Assembly (NCBI GenBank): GCA_051751085.1
Contig: JBNJKM010000001.1
Coordinates: 135,314 to 199,313 of the forward strand
DNA from: Actinomycetota bacterium
GTDB taxonomy: Bacteria > Actinomycetota > Actinomycetes > Actinomycetales > Microbacteriaceae
Direction of reading: 5' to 3'
DNA length: 64,000 bases
The notes beneath the pieces are model-generated. The model ran no database searches. It saw nothing but the letters and a program-made list of their open reading frames with translations, and had not been told where the DNA came from. Each line of letters opens with the position of its first letter. Within the stretch, counting starts at the first letter, position 1. Made by a program: the position numbers and the translations under genes. Below, piece by piece: positions 19,215 to 28,226 of this stretch.

Positions 19215-20222
19215 GTGACGGAGACCACTGGCAACGAGCCGACCGGCACCGCGCCCGACCGCAGCGGCCCCGTCGGCCCGGTCGACGCATCCGTCGTGCC
19301 CCGCTACGCGGGCATCGCGACCTTCGCGCGGCTGCCGCGCATCGAGGACGTGCCGCGCGCCGACGTCGCCGTCGTGGGCGTGCCGTTCGACACGGGCGTC
19401 AGCTACCGGCCGGGCACGCGCTTCGGGCCGTCGCACGTGCGCGAGTCGTCGCGGCTGCTGCGGCCGTACAACCCCGCGCAGGACGTGTCGCCGTTCGCGG
19501 TCGCGCAGGTCGTCGACGCGGGCGACTTCCCCGTGAACCCGTTCGACATCCAGGAGGCGGTGCTCGAGGTCGAGCGCGCCGCGACCGAGCTCGGCGAGCG
19601 GGCGACGCGGATCGTGACGATCGGCGGCGACCACACGATCGCGCTGCCGCTGCTGCGCGCGGTCGCGAAGCAGCACGGGCCGGTCGCGGTGCTGCACTTC
19701 GACGCGCACCTCGACACCTGGGACACCTACTTCGGTGCGCCCGTCACGCACGGCACGCCCTTCCGGCGCGCGAGCGAGGAGGGGCTCATCGACCTCACCG
19801 CGAGCTGCCACGTGGGCACGCGCGGGCCGCTGTACTCGAAGCAGGACCTCGAGGACGACGAGCGGCTCGGCTTCTCGATCGTCTCGAGCGAGTACGTCGA
19901 GGAGCGCGGCGCCGAGGCGGCGATCCAGCGGATGCGCGACCGCATCGGCGACAAGCCGCTCTACATCTCGGTCGACATCGACGTGCTCGACCCCGCGCAC
20001 GCGCCCGGCACGGGCACGCCTGAAGCTGGTGGGCTGACGAGCCGCGAGCTGCTGCGGATGCTGCGGAGCCTGGGCGACAAGCACATCGTGGGCGCCGACG
20101 TCGTCGAGGTGTCGCCCGCGTACGACCACGCGCAGATGACCGGCATCGCTGCGAGCCACGTCGTCTACGAGCTCGTGACGCTGCTGGCGGCGCAGGCGGG
20201 GCGGATGCGCGAGGCCGAGTAG
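19215..20222 (+). CDS. speB: Agmatinase / guanidinobutyrase (ureohydrolase)
   Basis: GGDHT, HFDAHLD, SHGT-like [21 protein letters not shown]; exact substrate cannot be told from sequence. Confidence 0.88.
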   Translation: MTETTGNEPTGTAPDRSGPVGPVDASVVPRYAGIATFARLPRIEDVPRADVAVVGVPFDTGVSYRPGTRFGPSHVRESSRLLRPYNPAQDVSPFAVAQVVDAGDFPVNPFDIQEAVLEVERAATELGERATRIVTIGGDHTIALPLLRAVAKQHGPVAVLHFDAHLDTWDTYFGAPVTHGTPFRRASEEGLIDLTASCHVGTRGPLYSKQDLEDDERLGFSIVSSEYVEERGAEAAIQRMRDRIGDKPLYISVDIDVLDPAHAPGTGTPEAGGLTSRELLRMLRSLGDKHIVGADVVEVSPAYDHAQMTGIAASHVVYELVTLLAAQAGRMREAE

Positions 20223-20262
20223 CCCTCCTCCGCTGATCGAGCCGCACGCGTCGACCCGCCGC

Positions 20263-20453
20263 TGGTCGAGCCGCACGCGCCGCAGGCGCGCGCGAGTCGA
20301 GACCACGCCGGTGGTCGAGCCGCACGCGCCGCAGGCGCGCGCGAGTCGAGACCACGCCGCTGGTCGAGCCGCACGCGCCGCAGGCGCGCGCGAGTCGAGA
20401 CCACGCCGCTGGTCGAGCCGCACGCGCCGCAGGCGCGCGCGAGTCGAGACCAC
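20263..20453. repeat. Tandem array of four 49-bp REP family 1 units
   Basis: Unit TGGTCGAGCCGCACGCGCCGCAGGCGCGCGCGAGTCGAGACCACGCCGC at 20263, 20312, 20361 and 20410; partial copy at about 20230-20250. Confidence 0.95.
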
Positions 20454-20485
20454 TCGCCGACGGCCGCACTCCCGACGGCGTCACC

Positions 20486-21595
20486 TCAGACGGCGACCTC
20501 CACCGAGACCGACAACACCTGCCCGCGGAAGGCGGCGACCCGCGCGACCTGCTCCTCGAGCGCGGTCGTCGGCGGCGTGCCGGCCTCGGCGAACCACGAG
20601 ACGGCGAGAGCGTCGCGGCTCATGCGCCACGTGCCGGCGACCACGCCACCCGCGACGACGAGGTTCGCGCCGTTCGAGACGAGCGAGCGCCGCGCGGGCG
20701 GCACGACTCGCGAGTCGGCCGTGCCCGGGCCCAGCACCCACGGGTCGAACGCGGGCAGCAGCACCACGGCATCCGACGGCTCGGCGGCCTCGAGCTCGGC
20801 GACGTCGGCGGTCCGCAGGAGCAGCTCCTCACCATCCACCTCGACGGTCGCCACCTCGCCGCCGAGATCGCGCAGCCACCCCTCGAGGCGCCGGCGCGGC
20901 ACGCCGAGCCCCTCCGTCAGCCAGTAGCCGAGGTTGGCCGCGGTCGCCGGACCGTACGCCTCGAGGTAGAGGAGGCACGCGCGCCGACCCGCCTCGTCGA
21001 GTTCCGGCAGGCCTGGCCAGCGAGGGTCGCCCTCGAGCAGTCGGAACGTCGACTGCCCGTCGCGTGCCGGCCCGAAGCAGATGTCGCCCCACCAGTGCAG
21101 CGGCTTGAAGAGCGCATCGGCGCCGCTGCCGGAGGTCGCGGCCTCGGCGAGGTGCCGCAGCGCGGGGATGCGCGCGAGGTGCGCGCCCACCTCCGATCGC
21201 GTCATCGGGCCGGTGCGCAGCGCATCCCGCACGGCATCGCGCAGCGGCGCCCAGTCGTCGATGGCGAAGCCGCCCTGCCGCTGCCAGCGAGCCGTCTCCC
21301 AGACGCGCGTCGCGGTGCGCGCGGCGAGCAGCACGGAGGCCGCGTCGTGCGTGAAGACGTACGAGCCGCCGCGGAACGCGTAGCTGCGCACCAGCTCGCC
21401 GTCGTCGAGCGCTCGCTCGAGGGCGCCCGGCCGCGGGTCGGTCTGCCGCATGGCGACGGAGAGCTCCGCCGACTCCATGAGCCAGCCGCGCACCGCGACG
21501 ACGCGGCGGATGGTGTCGGTCGCGTCGGCGGGCAGGGCAGGGTCGAGGCCGTGGCGGCGCAGCCGCCAGCCGAGCGCCTGCGCTCCGTCGATCAC
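20486..21595 (-). CDS. Winged-helix HTH_42 (AlkZ/YcaQ-like) DNA glycosylase family protein, divergent
   Basis: Overall layout, YL.AYGPAT...L.YW, LLPAFDPWVLG, GGVVAGTW; the catalytic QxQ position reads RGW. Confidence 0.75.
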   Translation of the reverse strand: MIDGAQALGWRLRRHGLDPALPADATDTIRRVVAVRGWLMESAELSVAMRQTDPRPGALERALDDGELVRSYAFRGGSYVFTHDAASVLLAARTATRVWETARWQRQGGFAIDDWAPLRDAVRDALRTGPMTRSEVGAHLARIPALRHLAEAATSGSGADALFKPLHWWGDICFGPARDGQSTFRLLEGDPRWPGLPELDEAGRRACLLYLEAYGPATAANLGYWLTEGLGVPRRRLEGWLRDLGGEVATVEVDGEELLLRTADVAELEAAEPSDAVVLLPAFDPWVLGPGTADSRVVPPARRSLVSNGANLVVAGGVVAGTWRMSRDALAVSWFAEAGTPPTTALEEQVARVAAFRGQVLSVSVEVAV

Positions 21596-21659
21596 GCGCT
21601 CACGGTAGCGGTGGGCTCCGACGATCGGTGCGCCTGGTGCGCTGCGACCTGGTGCGCTC

Positions 21660-21995
21660 CTACTCGGCGCGCGGCGCCTTGATCATCACGGCCGCCACGA
21701 GCGCGACGAGCGCCGCCGCGAGGTGCGCGAGGAGCCACGGCTGACTGGCGAGGTCGAAGGGCAGCACCGGGTTCCAGATGACCGCGATCGCGAGGAACAC
21801 CGGGATCCACCACCAGTGCTTCGCCTGGAACGCGAACCACGCGACGATCACCGCGAGCACGGCGATCACGAAGCGCAGCGTGTCGTACCACTCGGTGCCC
21901 ATGAGCATCGTGCCGACCACGAGCGCGATCGCGACGAGCACGCCGGGGGCGAGCGCGTTGCGCTGGAACGTGGGGCCGTAGCGGTTGCTCTCCAT
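21660..21995 (-). CDS. Small membrane protein (DUF6804-like)
   Basis: Four hydrophobic segments, IAVIWNPVLP. Confidence 0.6.
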   Translation of the reverse strand: MESNRYGPTFQRNALAPGVLVAIALVVGTMLMGTEWYDTLRFVIAVLAVIVAWFAFQAKHWWWIPVFLAIAVIWNPVLPFDLASQPWLLAHLAAALVALVAAVMIKAPRAE

Positions 21996-22032
21996 CGCCA
22001 TCAACCGTACGGCCTCGGGGTCGCGCCCCCTG

Positions 22033-22121
22033 CTGATCGAGCAGCAGCCGCAGGCCGCGTATCGAGATCCGGTGCGCCGGCGTCGTCTCGATACGCGCGC
22101 TTCGCGTGCTCCTCGACGAGC
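22033..22121. repeat. Inverted pair of REP family 1 elements
   Basis: TGATCGAGCAGC...CGTATCGAGATC followed by GTCGTCTCGATACGCG...CTCCTCGACGAGCG. Confidence 0.8.
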
Positions 22122-22135
22122 GGGGGGCGGGGCGC

Positions 22136-25100
22136 TCAGGCGGCGAGCGCCTTCTTCACCCGCTGCAGGCTGACCGGCCCGGAGGTGCCGAGCTGCTGCG
22201 CGAAGAGGCTGACCCGCAGCTCCTCGAGCAGCCAGCGGGCGGTGATGAGCCGCTCGGCCTTCGGCCATCCGTCGGTGCCCGGGACGGCATCCGTCACCGC
22301 TCGCGCGAGCGGCAGCGTGCCGCCCGCCTCGGTGAAGAGCGCGGTCGCCTGCTCGACCTCGGTCATCCAGATGCGGTCGCGGTGCGCGGTCTCGGGGAGG
22401 CGCTTGACGCGGTGCTCGATCGCGCGCACGTAGACCTCGAGCCGCCCGAGCCTGGCGAGGCCCGTGCGGCTGACGAAGCCGTCGAAGACGAGCTGGTCGA
22501 GGTGCGCGCGGGCGTCGGCGAGCGCGGCCATGTGCGCGAGGCTCGCGCCGTCGCGGATCGCGCGGTCGGCGAGCCGGGCGGAGGTGAGGATGCGCGCCAC
22601 CTGCGAGGCGAGCGCGAACAGCCGGTCGACGAGGCCGTCGGCGACGCGGGCCCGCAGCGCCTCGAAGTCGGCGACCGTCGCGGGCGGCGCGGTGCCGAGC
22701 TCGGCGTCGATGATCGCGAGCATGAGGTCGTCGAAGAGGCGGTCGGTCGACGGGTAGGGGCTCGCGCCGAGCGCGAGCTTCTCGGCCGCTGTGAGGTTCG
22801 ACTGCACGTAGGGCCCGGGGCTCGGCACCTGCCGCAGCAGCAGCTGCCGCACCGCCGCGCGCTGGTCGCGCTGCTGCGCCTCGCGCGTCGACGCGAGCCG
22901 GATGCTGACCGTCGCCTTCCCGCCCTTGCCCGCGCTCGTGATCGCGTAGCCCGGGTAGGCCCGCACCGTGTTGCCGCCCTGCCGCACGTCGATGTGCTCG
23001 GGCAGCTCGACGTCGAAGCCCGTCACCTCGTCGCGCTCCAGGTCGCTCGTCACCTTGACCGCGGCCTTCGCGACCTGCGCGGTCGCCTGCTGGCCGAAGC
23101 GACGCTTGAGCGCCTCGAGGTCCTTGTCGGCCCCGAGTCGGCGGCCGCGGCCGTCCTCGACGGCGAAGGTGGGCTTGAGGTGCTCGGGGATGCGGTGCCA
23201 GTCGACATCGCTCGCGGCCGCCTGCACGTAGGCGGTGCGGGAGATGCGCGCGGCCAGCACCTCTGCGATGGAGGCGGGCCGGTCGCTGCCCTTGCCGGCC
23301 GCGGCGGGCTCGGACGGCAGGTCGGCGAGCATGCCGCGCGCCCAGTCGGCTGCCGGGACGACGTGCTTGCGCACGTGCTTCGGCAGGCTCTTGATCATCG
23401 CGGTCAGCAGCTCCTCCCGCATGCCGGGCACGAGCCAGTCGAAGCCCTCCGGCGTAATGCGCGGCAGCACCGCGAGCGGCACGTGCACGGTGACGCCGTC
23501 GTCCGTGGCGCCCGGCTCGAACCGGTAGCTGAGCCGCAGCCGCTGCTCGCCCTGCTGCCACTTCGTCGGGAACGCCTCCTGGTCGACGCGGGCGTCCTCG
23601 CCGGTGAGGTCCTCGCGCGTCATCGTCAGCAGCTCGGGACGGGTCTTCCGCTCCTCGCGCCACCACCCCTCGAAGCTGCGGGTGGAGGCCACGTCGGCGG
23701 GGATGCGCGCGTCGAAGAAGTCGAAGACGGCCTCGTCGCCGACCAGCAGGTCGCGGCGGCGCTGGCGCTCCTCGAGCCGCTCGATCTCGCGGCGCAGCTC
23801 CTTGTTCTTGCGGTCGAAGTCCTGCGGGCTGTCCCACTCGCCGTCGACGAGCGCGTGCCGGATGAACAGCTCGCGCGCGTGCTCGGGGTCGATGCGCGAG
23901 AACTGCACGCGCCGCCGCTCGACGATCGTGACGCCGAAGAGCGTCACCTTCTCGAAGGCGACGACGGCGCCCTGCTTGCGCTCCCAGTGGGGCTCCGAGA
24001 CCTGGCGCTTCGCGAGGTCGCCCGCGAGCGGCTCGGCCCACGCGAGGTCGATGGATGCGACGTTGCGGGCGAAGAGCCGGCTCGTCTCGACGAGCTCGGC
24101 GGCCATCACGGAGCGCGGCGGCTTCTTGGCGAGGGCCGAACCGGGGAAGATCTGGAACCGCGCGCCACGCGCGCCGAGGTACTCGGGCCGCACGCGCATC
24201 CGCCGCTTGTCGCCCTTGTCGCCGGGCCGCGACTGCTGCGGCTTCTGCGTCTCGTCGAGCGTGCCGATGCGGCCGAGGAGGCCGGAGAGGAGCGCCTTGT
24301 GGACGGCGTCGGCGTCGACGGAGGCGGCGAGCGAGCCGGGGGCCCCGTCCGCTGGTCGAGCCGCCTCCTCCGCTGGTCGAGCCGCACGCGCCGCACCGTC
24401 CGCTGGTCGAGCCGCACGCGCCGCAGGCGCGCGCGAGTCGAGACCACTGCTGTCGTCTCGAGACGCGCCTTCGGTGCTCCTCGACGAGCGACGCTCCGGC
24501 TTCAGCCCCATCGCCCGGGTCAGCTGCCGCACGACGTCCTGCCACTCGCGCACGCGCAGGAACGACAGGTGCTCCGCCTTGCACGCCTTCCTGAACTGGT
24601 TGCCCGAGAGCGCCGCCTGCTGCGCCTGCAGGTGCCGCCAGAGCGCGAGCAGCGTGATGAAGTCGCTCGTCGGGTCGGTGAAGCGCGCGTGCGAGCGGTC
24701 GGCCTCCTCGCGCCGCTCGAGCGGACGCTCCCGGGGGTCCTGGATCGTCAGGCCGGCGACGATCGCGATGACCTCGTGGGCGACGTCCGCGTCCCGGCCG
24801 GCCAACGCCATCCGCCCGAACCTCGGGTCGACGGGCAGGCGCGCGAGCTCGCGCCCGATCCTCGTGATGTCGCCCTTCGCCGAGATGGCGCCGAGCTCGC
24901 GCAGCAGGTCGTGGCCGTCCTTGATGCCGCGCGGGTCGGGCGGCTGGAGGAACGGGAACTCCTCGAGCGGACCGAGCCCGAGCGACGCGGCCTGCAGGAT
25001 GACGGCAGCAAGATTCGTGCGGAGGATCTCGGGGTCGGTGAACGCGGGGCGCTTGTCGAAGTCGTCCTCGGCGTAGAGGCGGATCGCGATGCCCGGCGCG

Positions 25101-26155
25101 ACGCGGCCCGCGCGGCCCGAGCGCTGGTTGGCGCTCGCCTGGCTGATCGCCTCGATCGGCAGCCGCTGCACCTTGCTGCGCGCGGAGTAGCGCGAGATGC
25201 GGGCGGTCCCCGTGTCGATGACGTGACGGATGCCCGGCACGGTCAGGCTCGTCTCGGCGACGTTCGTGGCGAGCACGACACGACGACGGATGCCGGGGCG
25301 GCTCGAGCGCTCGAAGACGCGGTGCTGGTCGGCGGCGCTCAGGCGGCCGTAGAGGGGGAGGATCACGGTGGTCGGGCCGAGCTTGCCCTGCAGCTGGTCC
25401 TGCGCGTCGCGGATGTCGGCCTCGCTGGGGAGGAAGACGAGCACGTCGCCTGCGTCGTCGCGGGCGATCTCCTGCAGCGCCGACTCGATGCCGTCGATCG
25501 GGTCGAGGTCGGCGGCGGGCTCGTCCGCACTGCGTCCATCGAGCTCGGCATCGTCGTCCTCATCCATCGCCTCGGAGACGAGCGGGCGGTAGCGGACGTC
25601 GACCGGGAAGGTGCGGCCGGAGACCTCGATGATCGGGGCGCCGCCGAAGTGCCGGCTGAACGACTCGGGATCGATCGTCGCGCTCGTGACGATCACCTTG
25701 AGGTCGGGGCGGCGGGGGAGCAGCCGCTGCAGGTAGCCGACGAGGAAGTCGATCGTGAGGCTGCGCTCGTGCGCCTCGTCGATGATGATCGTGTCGTACT
25801 GCTTGAGGTCGCGATCGCGGTGCATCTCGGCGAGCAGGATGCCGTCGGTCATCACCTTGATCTGCGTCGCCGCCGACACCTGGTCGGTGAAGCGCACCTT
25901 GTAGCCGACGATGCCGCCGAGCTCCTCGCCGAGCTCCTCGGCGATGCGCTCGGCGATCGTGCGGGCGGCGAGCCGGCGCGGCTGCGTGTGGCCGATGCTG
26001 GTGCGGCCGAGCTCGAGGCACATCTTCGGCAGCTGCGTCGTCTTGCCCGAGCCCGTGGCGCCGGCGACGATCACCACCTGGTGGTCCCGGATCGCCGCCA
26101 TGATCTCGTCGCGCGCCGCGCTGACGGGCAGATCAGCCGGGTACTCGATGCGCAT
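22136..26155 (-). CDS. hrpA: ATP-dependent RNA helicase HrpA with an internal REP-derived insertion
   Basis: GATGSGKTTQLPK, DEAHERS, SAT, LATNVAETSLT, QRSGRAGR, C-terminal WLLEELRVSLFAQ; start MRIEYP at 26155. Confidence 0.96.
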   Translation of the reverse strand: MRIEYPADLPVSAARDEIMAAIRDHQVVIVAGATGSGKTTQLPKMCLELGRTSIGHTQPRRLAARTIAERIAEELGEELGGIVGYKVRFTDQVSAATQIKVMTDGILLAEMHRDRDLKQYDTIIIDEAHERSLTIDFLVGYLQRLLPRRPDLKVIVTSATIDPESFSRHFGGAPIIEVSGRTFPVDVRYRPLVSEAMDEDDDAELDGRSADEPAADLDPIDGIESALQEIARDDAGDVLVFLPSEADIRDAQDQLQGKLGPTTVILPLYGRLSAADQHRVFERSSRPGIRRRVVLATNVAETSLTVPGIRHVIDTGTARISRYSARSKVQRLPIEAISQASANQRSGRAGRVAPGIAIRLYAEDDFDKRPAFTDPEILRTNLAAVILQAASLGLGPLEEFPFLQPPDPRGIKDGHDLLRELGAISAKGDITRIGRELARLPVDPRFGRMALAGRDADVAHEVIAIVAGLTIQDPRERPLERREEADRSHARFTDPTSDFITLLALWRHLQAQQAALSGNQFRKACKAEHLSFLRVREWQDVVRQLTRAMGLKPERRSSRSTEGASRDDSSGLDSRAPAARAARPADGAARAARPAEEAARPADGAPGSLAASVDADAVHKALLSGLLGRIGTLDETQKPQQSRPGDKGDKRRMRVRPEYLGARGARFQIFPGSALAKKPPRSVMAAELVETSRLFARNVASIDLAWAEPLAGDLAKRQVSEPHWERKQGAVVAFEKVTLFGVTIVERRRVQFSRIDPEHARELFIRHALVDGEWDSPQDFDRKNKELRREIERLEERQRRRDLLVGDEAVFDFFDARIPADVASTRSFEGWWREERKTRPELLTMTREDLTGEDARVDQEAFPTKWQQGEQRLRLSYRFEPGATDDGVTVHVPLAVLPRITPEGFDWLVPGMREELLTAMIKSLPKHVRKHVVPAADWARGMLADLPSEPAAAGKGSDRPASIAEVLAARISRTAYVQAAASDVDWHRIPEHLKPTFAVEDGRGRRLGADKDLEALKRRFGQQATAQVAKAAVKVTSDLERDEVTGFDVELPEHIDVRQGGNTVRAYPGYAITSAGKGGKATVSIRLASTREAQQRDQRAAVRQLLLRQVPSPGPYVQSNLTAAEKLALGASPYPSTDRLFDDLMLAIIDAELGTAPPATVADFEALRARVADGLVDRLFALASQVARILTSARLADRAIRDGASLAHMAALADARAHLDQLVFDGFVSRTGLARLGRLEVYVRAIEHRVKRLPETAHRDRIWMTEVEQATALFTEAGGTLPLARAVTDAVPGTDGWPKAERLITARWLLEELRVSLFAQQLGTSGPVSLQRVKKALAA
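24349..24490. repeat. REP family 1 cluster inside the hrpA coding sequence
   Basis: 24404-24447 is identical to the first 44 nt of the 49-bp array unit; two truncated copies and an inverted partner adjoin it; reading frame preserved. Confidence 0.93.
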
Positions 26156-26244
26156 CCGACCATTCTCCCGTGCCGGGCTGTGCCTGCGCACCGCGCCCAC
26201 CGCATCCGCCGTCGCCCGTCCCCGTCGCCCCCCCCGCTCTCGAT

Positions 26245-26306
26245 GCGGACCCCAGTTCGGCAGCCGGACCCGCGATCGCGGGTCCGTCTGCCGAACTCGG
26301 GTCCGG
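26245..26306. repeat. 62-bp four-box palindrome (family 2), copy A
   Basis: GCGGACCC-N12-CGGACCC-GCGATCGC-GGGTCCG-N12-GGGTCCGG. Confidence 0.95.
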
Positions 26307-26376
26307 CGGGCGGGAGTCTCCACAGCTCCGCGGATGCAACGGGTCGCGTGGCGCGCGCCCGTGCGACAGTGCCGAC

Positions 26377-27327
26377 ATGGCCGTGGGGAAGCAGCACGAT
26401 GCACCCGCTCTGCATCGGGCGAGGAGCCTCGCCGGCGCCGATGTCGGGGTCCAGCCCGAACGAGAGCCGTCGCTCGCGCGGGTGCGCTACGGCGTCTATG
26501 CCGATGCGGCGGAGCTCGAGGTTGCGAGCCGCGAGGCCTCGTACCTCGCGCTCGTGCGGTCGGTCGCGATCACGCGCGACCAGCCCGTATTCGCGCGTGA
26601 GTCAGCGCTCGCCGTCCACGGCATCCCCTTCGGGCTCGCACCTGATGCCGTGTTCACCATCGGCGACGAGCGCACCGCCAGGAAGAAGGCGGGCGTGATC
26701 CACGCCGTCACGGTGCTCGATCCGATCGACGTCACGACCGTCGGCGAGCTGCTCGTCTGCACGGTGGAGCATGCGCTCGCAGACGTTGCTCGGCGGCGCG
26801 AGGTGGTCGTGGCAGTCGCCGCTCTCGACTGGGCGCTGCGGAATGGGCTCGCCAGCAAGGACGGCGTGCTCGAGGCGCTCGGTCGGCAGGGAAAGCGAGG
26901 GCGGGCCGCCGCGGAGTGGGCGATCGCGTTCGCCGACGCGGCCGCCGAATCGGTCGGTGAGTCCTACAGTCGCGTGCGGCTGCATCAGCTCGGCTTCGCG
27001 ATCCCCGAGCTGCAGGCGCTCGTCGTCGGCAGGAGCGGCAAGGAGTATCGCGTCGATGCGAAGTGGTCGTTCAGCGATCGGCGCCCGCTGTTCGGTGAGT
27101 TCGACGGCATGCAGAAGTACGGCGAGCTTGCGAACCGCGCCGGGAAGTCCGGTGCGGCGGCGCTGGCGCAGGAGAAGGCGCGCGAGGACGACATACGTTT
27201 CCGAGGCGACGTCATGCGCTGGGTCTGGGACGAGATGATCCAGCCACGGCGCTTCGAGCGGCTGCTGCTGGCGCACCGCGTGCCGCGGGTACGCGCTGCG
27301 CTGCCGGAAGCGCTCCTCCGCGGCTGA
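26377..27327 (+). CDS. Orphan AbiEi-like wHTH plus DUF559/Vsr-like putative nuclease domain protein
   Basis: RVRYGVY, ESALAVHG, TVEHALADVAR, AESVGES.SRVRL..LGF.IPELQ, RVD...GEFDG.QKY...EK.RED...RW.W; family assignment from recalled motifs. Confidence 0.75.
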   Translation: MAVGKQHDAPALHRARSLAGADVGVQPEREPSLARVRYGVYADAAELEVASREASYLALVRSVAITRDQPVFARESALAVHGIPFGLAPDAVFTIGDERTARKKAGVIHAVTVLDPIDVTTVGELLVCTVEHALADVARRREVVVAVAALDWALRNGLASKDGVLEALGRQGKRGRAAAEWAIAFADAAAESVGESYSRVRLHQLGFAIPELQALVVGRSGKEYRVDAKWSFSDRRPLFGEFDGMQKYGELANRAGKSGAAALAQEKAREDDIRFRGDVMRWVWDEMIQPRRFERLLLAHRVPRVRAALPEALLRG

Positions 27328-27348
27328 CCGACAGCTCCCGCTCAGGAA

Positions 27349-27410
27349 GCGGACCCGAGTTCGGCATGCGGACCCGCGATCCCAGGTCCGGCTGCCGAAC
27401 TGGGGTCCGC
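27349..27410. repeat. 62-bp four-box palindrome, copy B (inverted relative to A)
   Basis: GCGGACCC GAGTTCGGCATG CGGACCC GCGATCCC AGGTCCG GCTGCCGAACTG GGGTCCGC. Confidence 0.95.
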
Positions 27411-27489
27411 TTGCCACTCCAGCCGGTGCGGGCGGCGGATGCGGCACGCACTCTGGTGCTTCTCAGGGCACGCCGCCAGGATGGCGAGC

Positions 27490-27960
27490 ATGGACATCCA
27501 CGACAACGGGCCCAAGCCGAACACGTTCGACATCGAGACCGCCACCACCGAGAACGACGCCTACCGCCGCGTCGCCTGGACGGGCAAGCACCTCCAGGTG
27601 ACCCTCATGTCGATCGAGCCGGGCAAGGCGATCGGCCTCGAGGTGCACCACGGCACCGACCAGTTCCTGCGCATCGACCAGGGCAAGGGCGTCGCGAAGA
27701 TGGGCCCGGAGAAGGACGACCTGCAGGAGCACGAGGTCGAGGACGGCTGGAGCATCCAGGTGCCCGCCGGCACGTGGCACGACGTCGAGAACACCGGCGA
27801 CGAGCCGCTCCGCCTCTACACGATCTACGCGCCCACGCACCACGCGAAGGGCATCGTGCAGCAGACGGCCGAGAAGGCCGAGGAGGACGAGGAGGCCGGC
27901 CGCGACGAGCCGCCGAAGTGGGTCGAAGAGGTCGACGAGAAGGGCGAGGAGAGCGCCTGA
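27490..27960 (+). CDS. Cupin domain protein
   Basis: LQVTLMSI.PG..IGLEVH..TDQFLRI..G, VPAGTWHDV.NTG...L.LYTIYAP. Confidence 0.88.
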   Translation: MDIHDNGPKPNTFDIETATTENDAYRRVAWTGKHLQVTLMSIEPGKAIGLEVHHGTDQFLRIDQGKGVAKMGPEKDDLQEHEVEDGWSIQVPAGTWHDVENTGDEPLRLYTIYAPTHHAKGIVQQTAEKAEEDEEAGRDEPPKWVEEVDEKGEESA

Positions 27961-27975
27961 CGCCTCCCCGCACGC

Positions 27976-28007
27976 GAGACGCCCGCCGGTGATCCGGCGG
28001 GCGTCTC
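27976..28007. terminator. Terminator-like hairpin after the cupin gene
   Basis: GAGACGCCCGCCGG-TGAT-CCGGCGGGCGTCTC perfect stem. Confidence 0.7.
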
Positions 28008-28060
28008 GTCGTCTGCGGCAGGCGGATGCGCGTCAGGCGTGCGCGGTCCCGTCCGCGTCG
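27978..28060. repeat. Direct repeat, left copy, flanking the acyl-CoA dehydrogenase gene
   Basis: A 32-bp block (27978-28009) and a 39-bp block (28022-28060) are identical to 29412-29443 and 29474-29512. Confidence 0.92.
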
Positions 28061-28226
28061 CGCGCGACCACCGAAGTCGGCGGCGCCGACCGCGGGGCCA
28101 CGAGTCGAAGCGAGGCGCTCATGCTGGCATGCTTGCGCCAGCGCCCAGTGCGGGGCGTGGGCGGTCGAGACCCGACCGGCCGGATCCCGCGCACCGTGGC
28201 GCATCCACGGACAACGGGAGACACGA

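Noticed and set aside
20263-20453. CRISPR array (regular 49-bp period)
   Set aside because: Units are contiguous and near-identical with no unique spacers, no cas genes are nearby, and the same unit occurs dispersed as a REP
22106-26698. 1530-aa plus-strand ORF and other very long ORFs (21660..24584, 40016..43084, 17799..20453, 52672..55677)
   Set aside because: Antisense or frame shadows of real GC3-rich genes (hrpA, crotonases, speB/MFS, rsmI/metG); Arg/Ala/Pro-rich with no domain motifs
26377-27327. Type IV toxin-antitoxin (AbiE) system
   Set aside because: No AbiEii nucleotidyltransferase gene is adjacent; the neighbours are hrpA and a cupin
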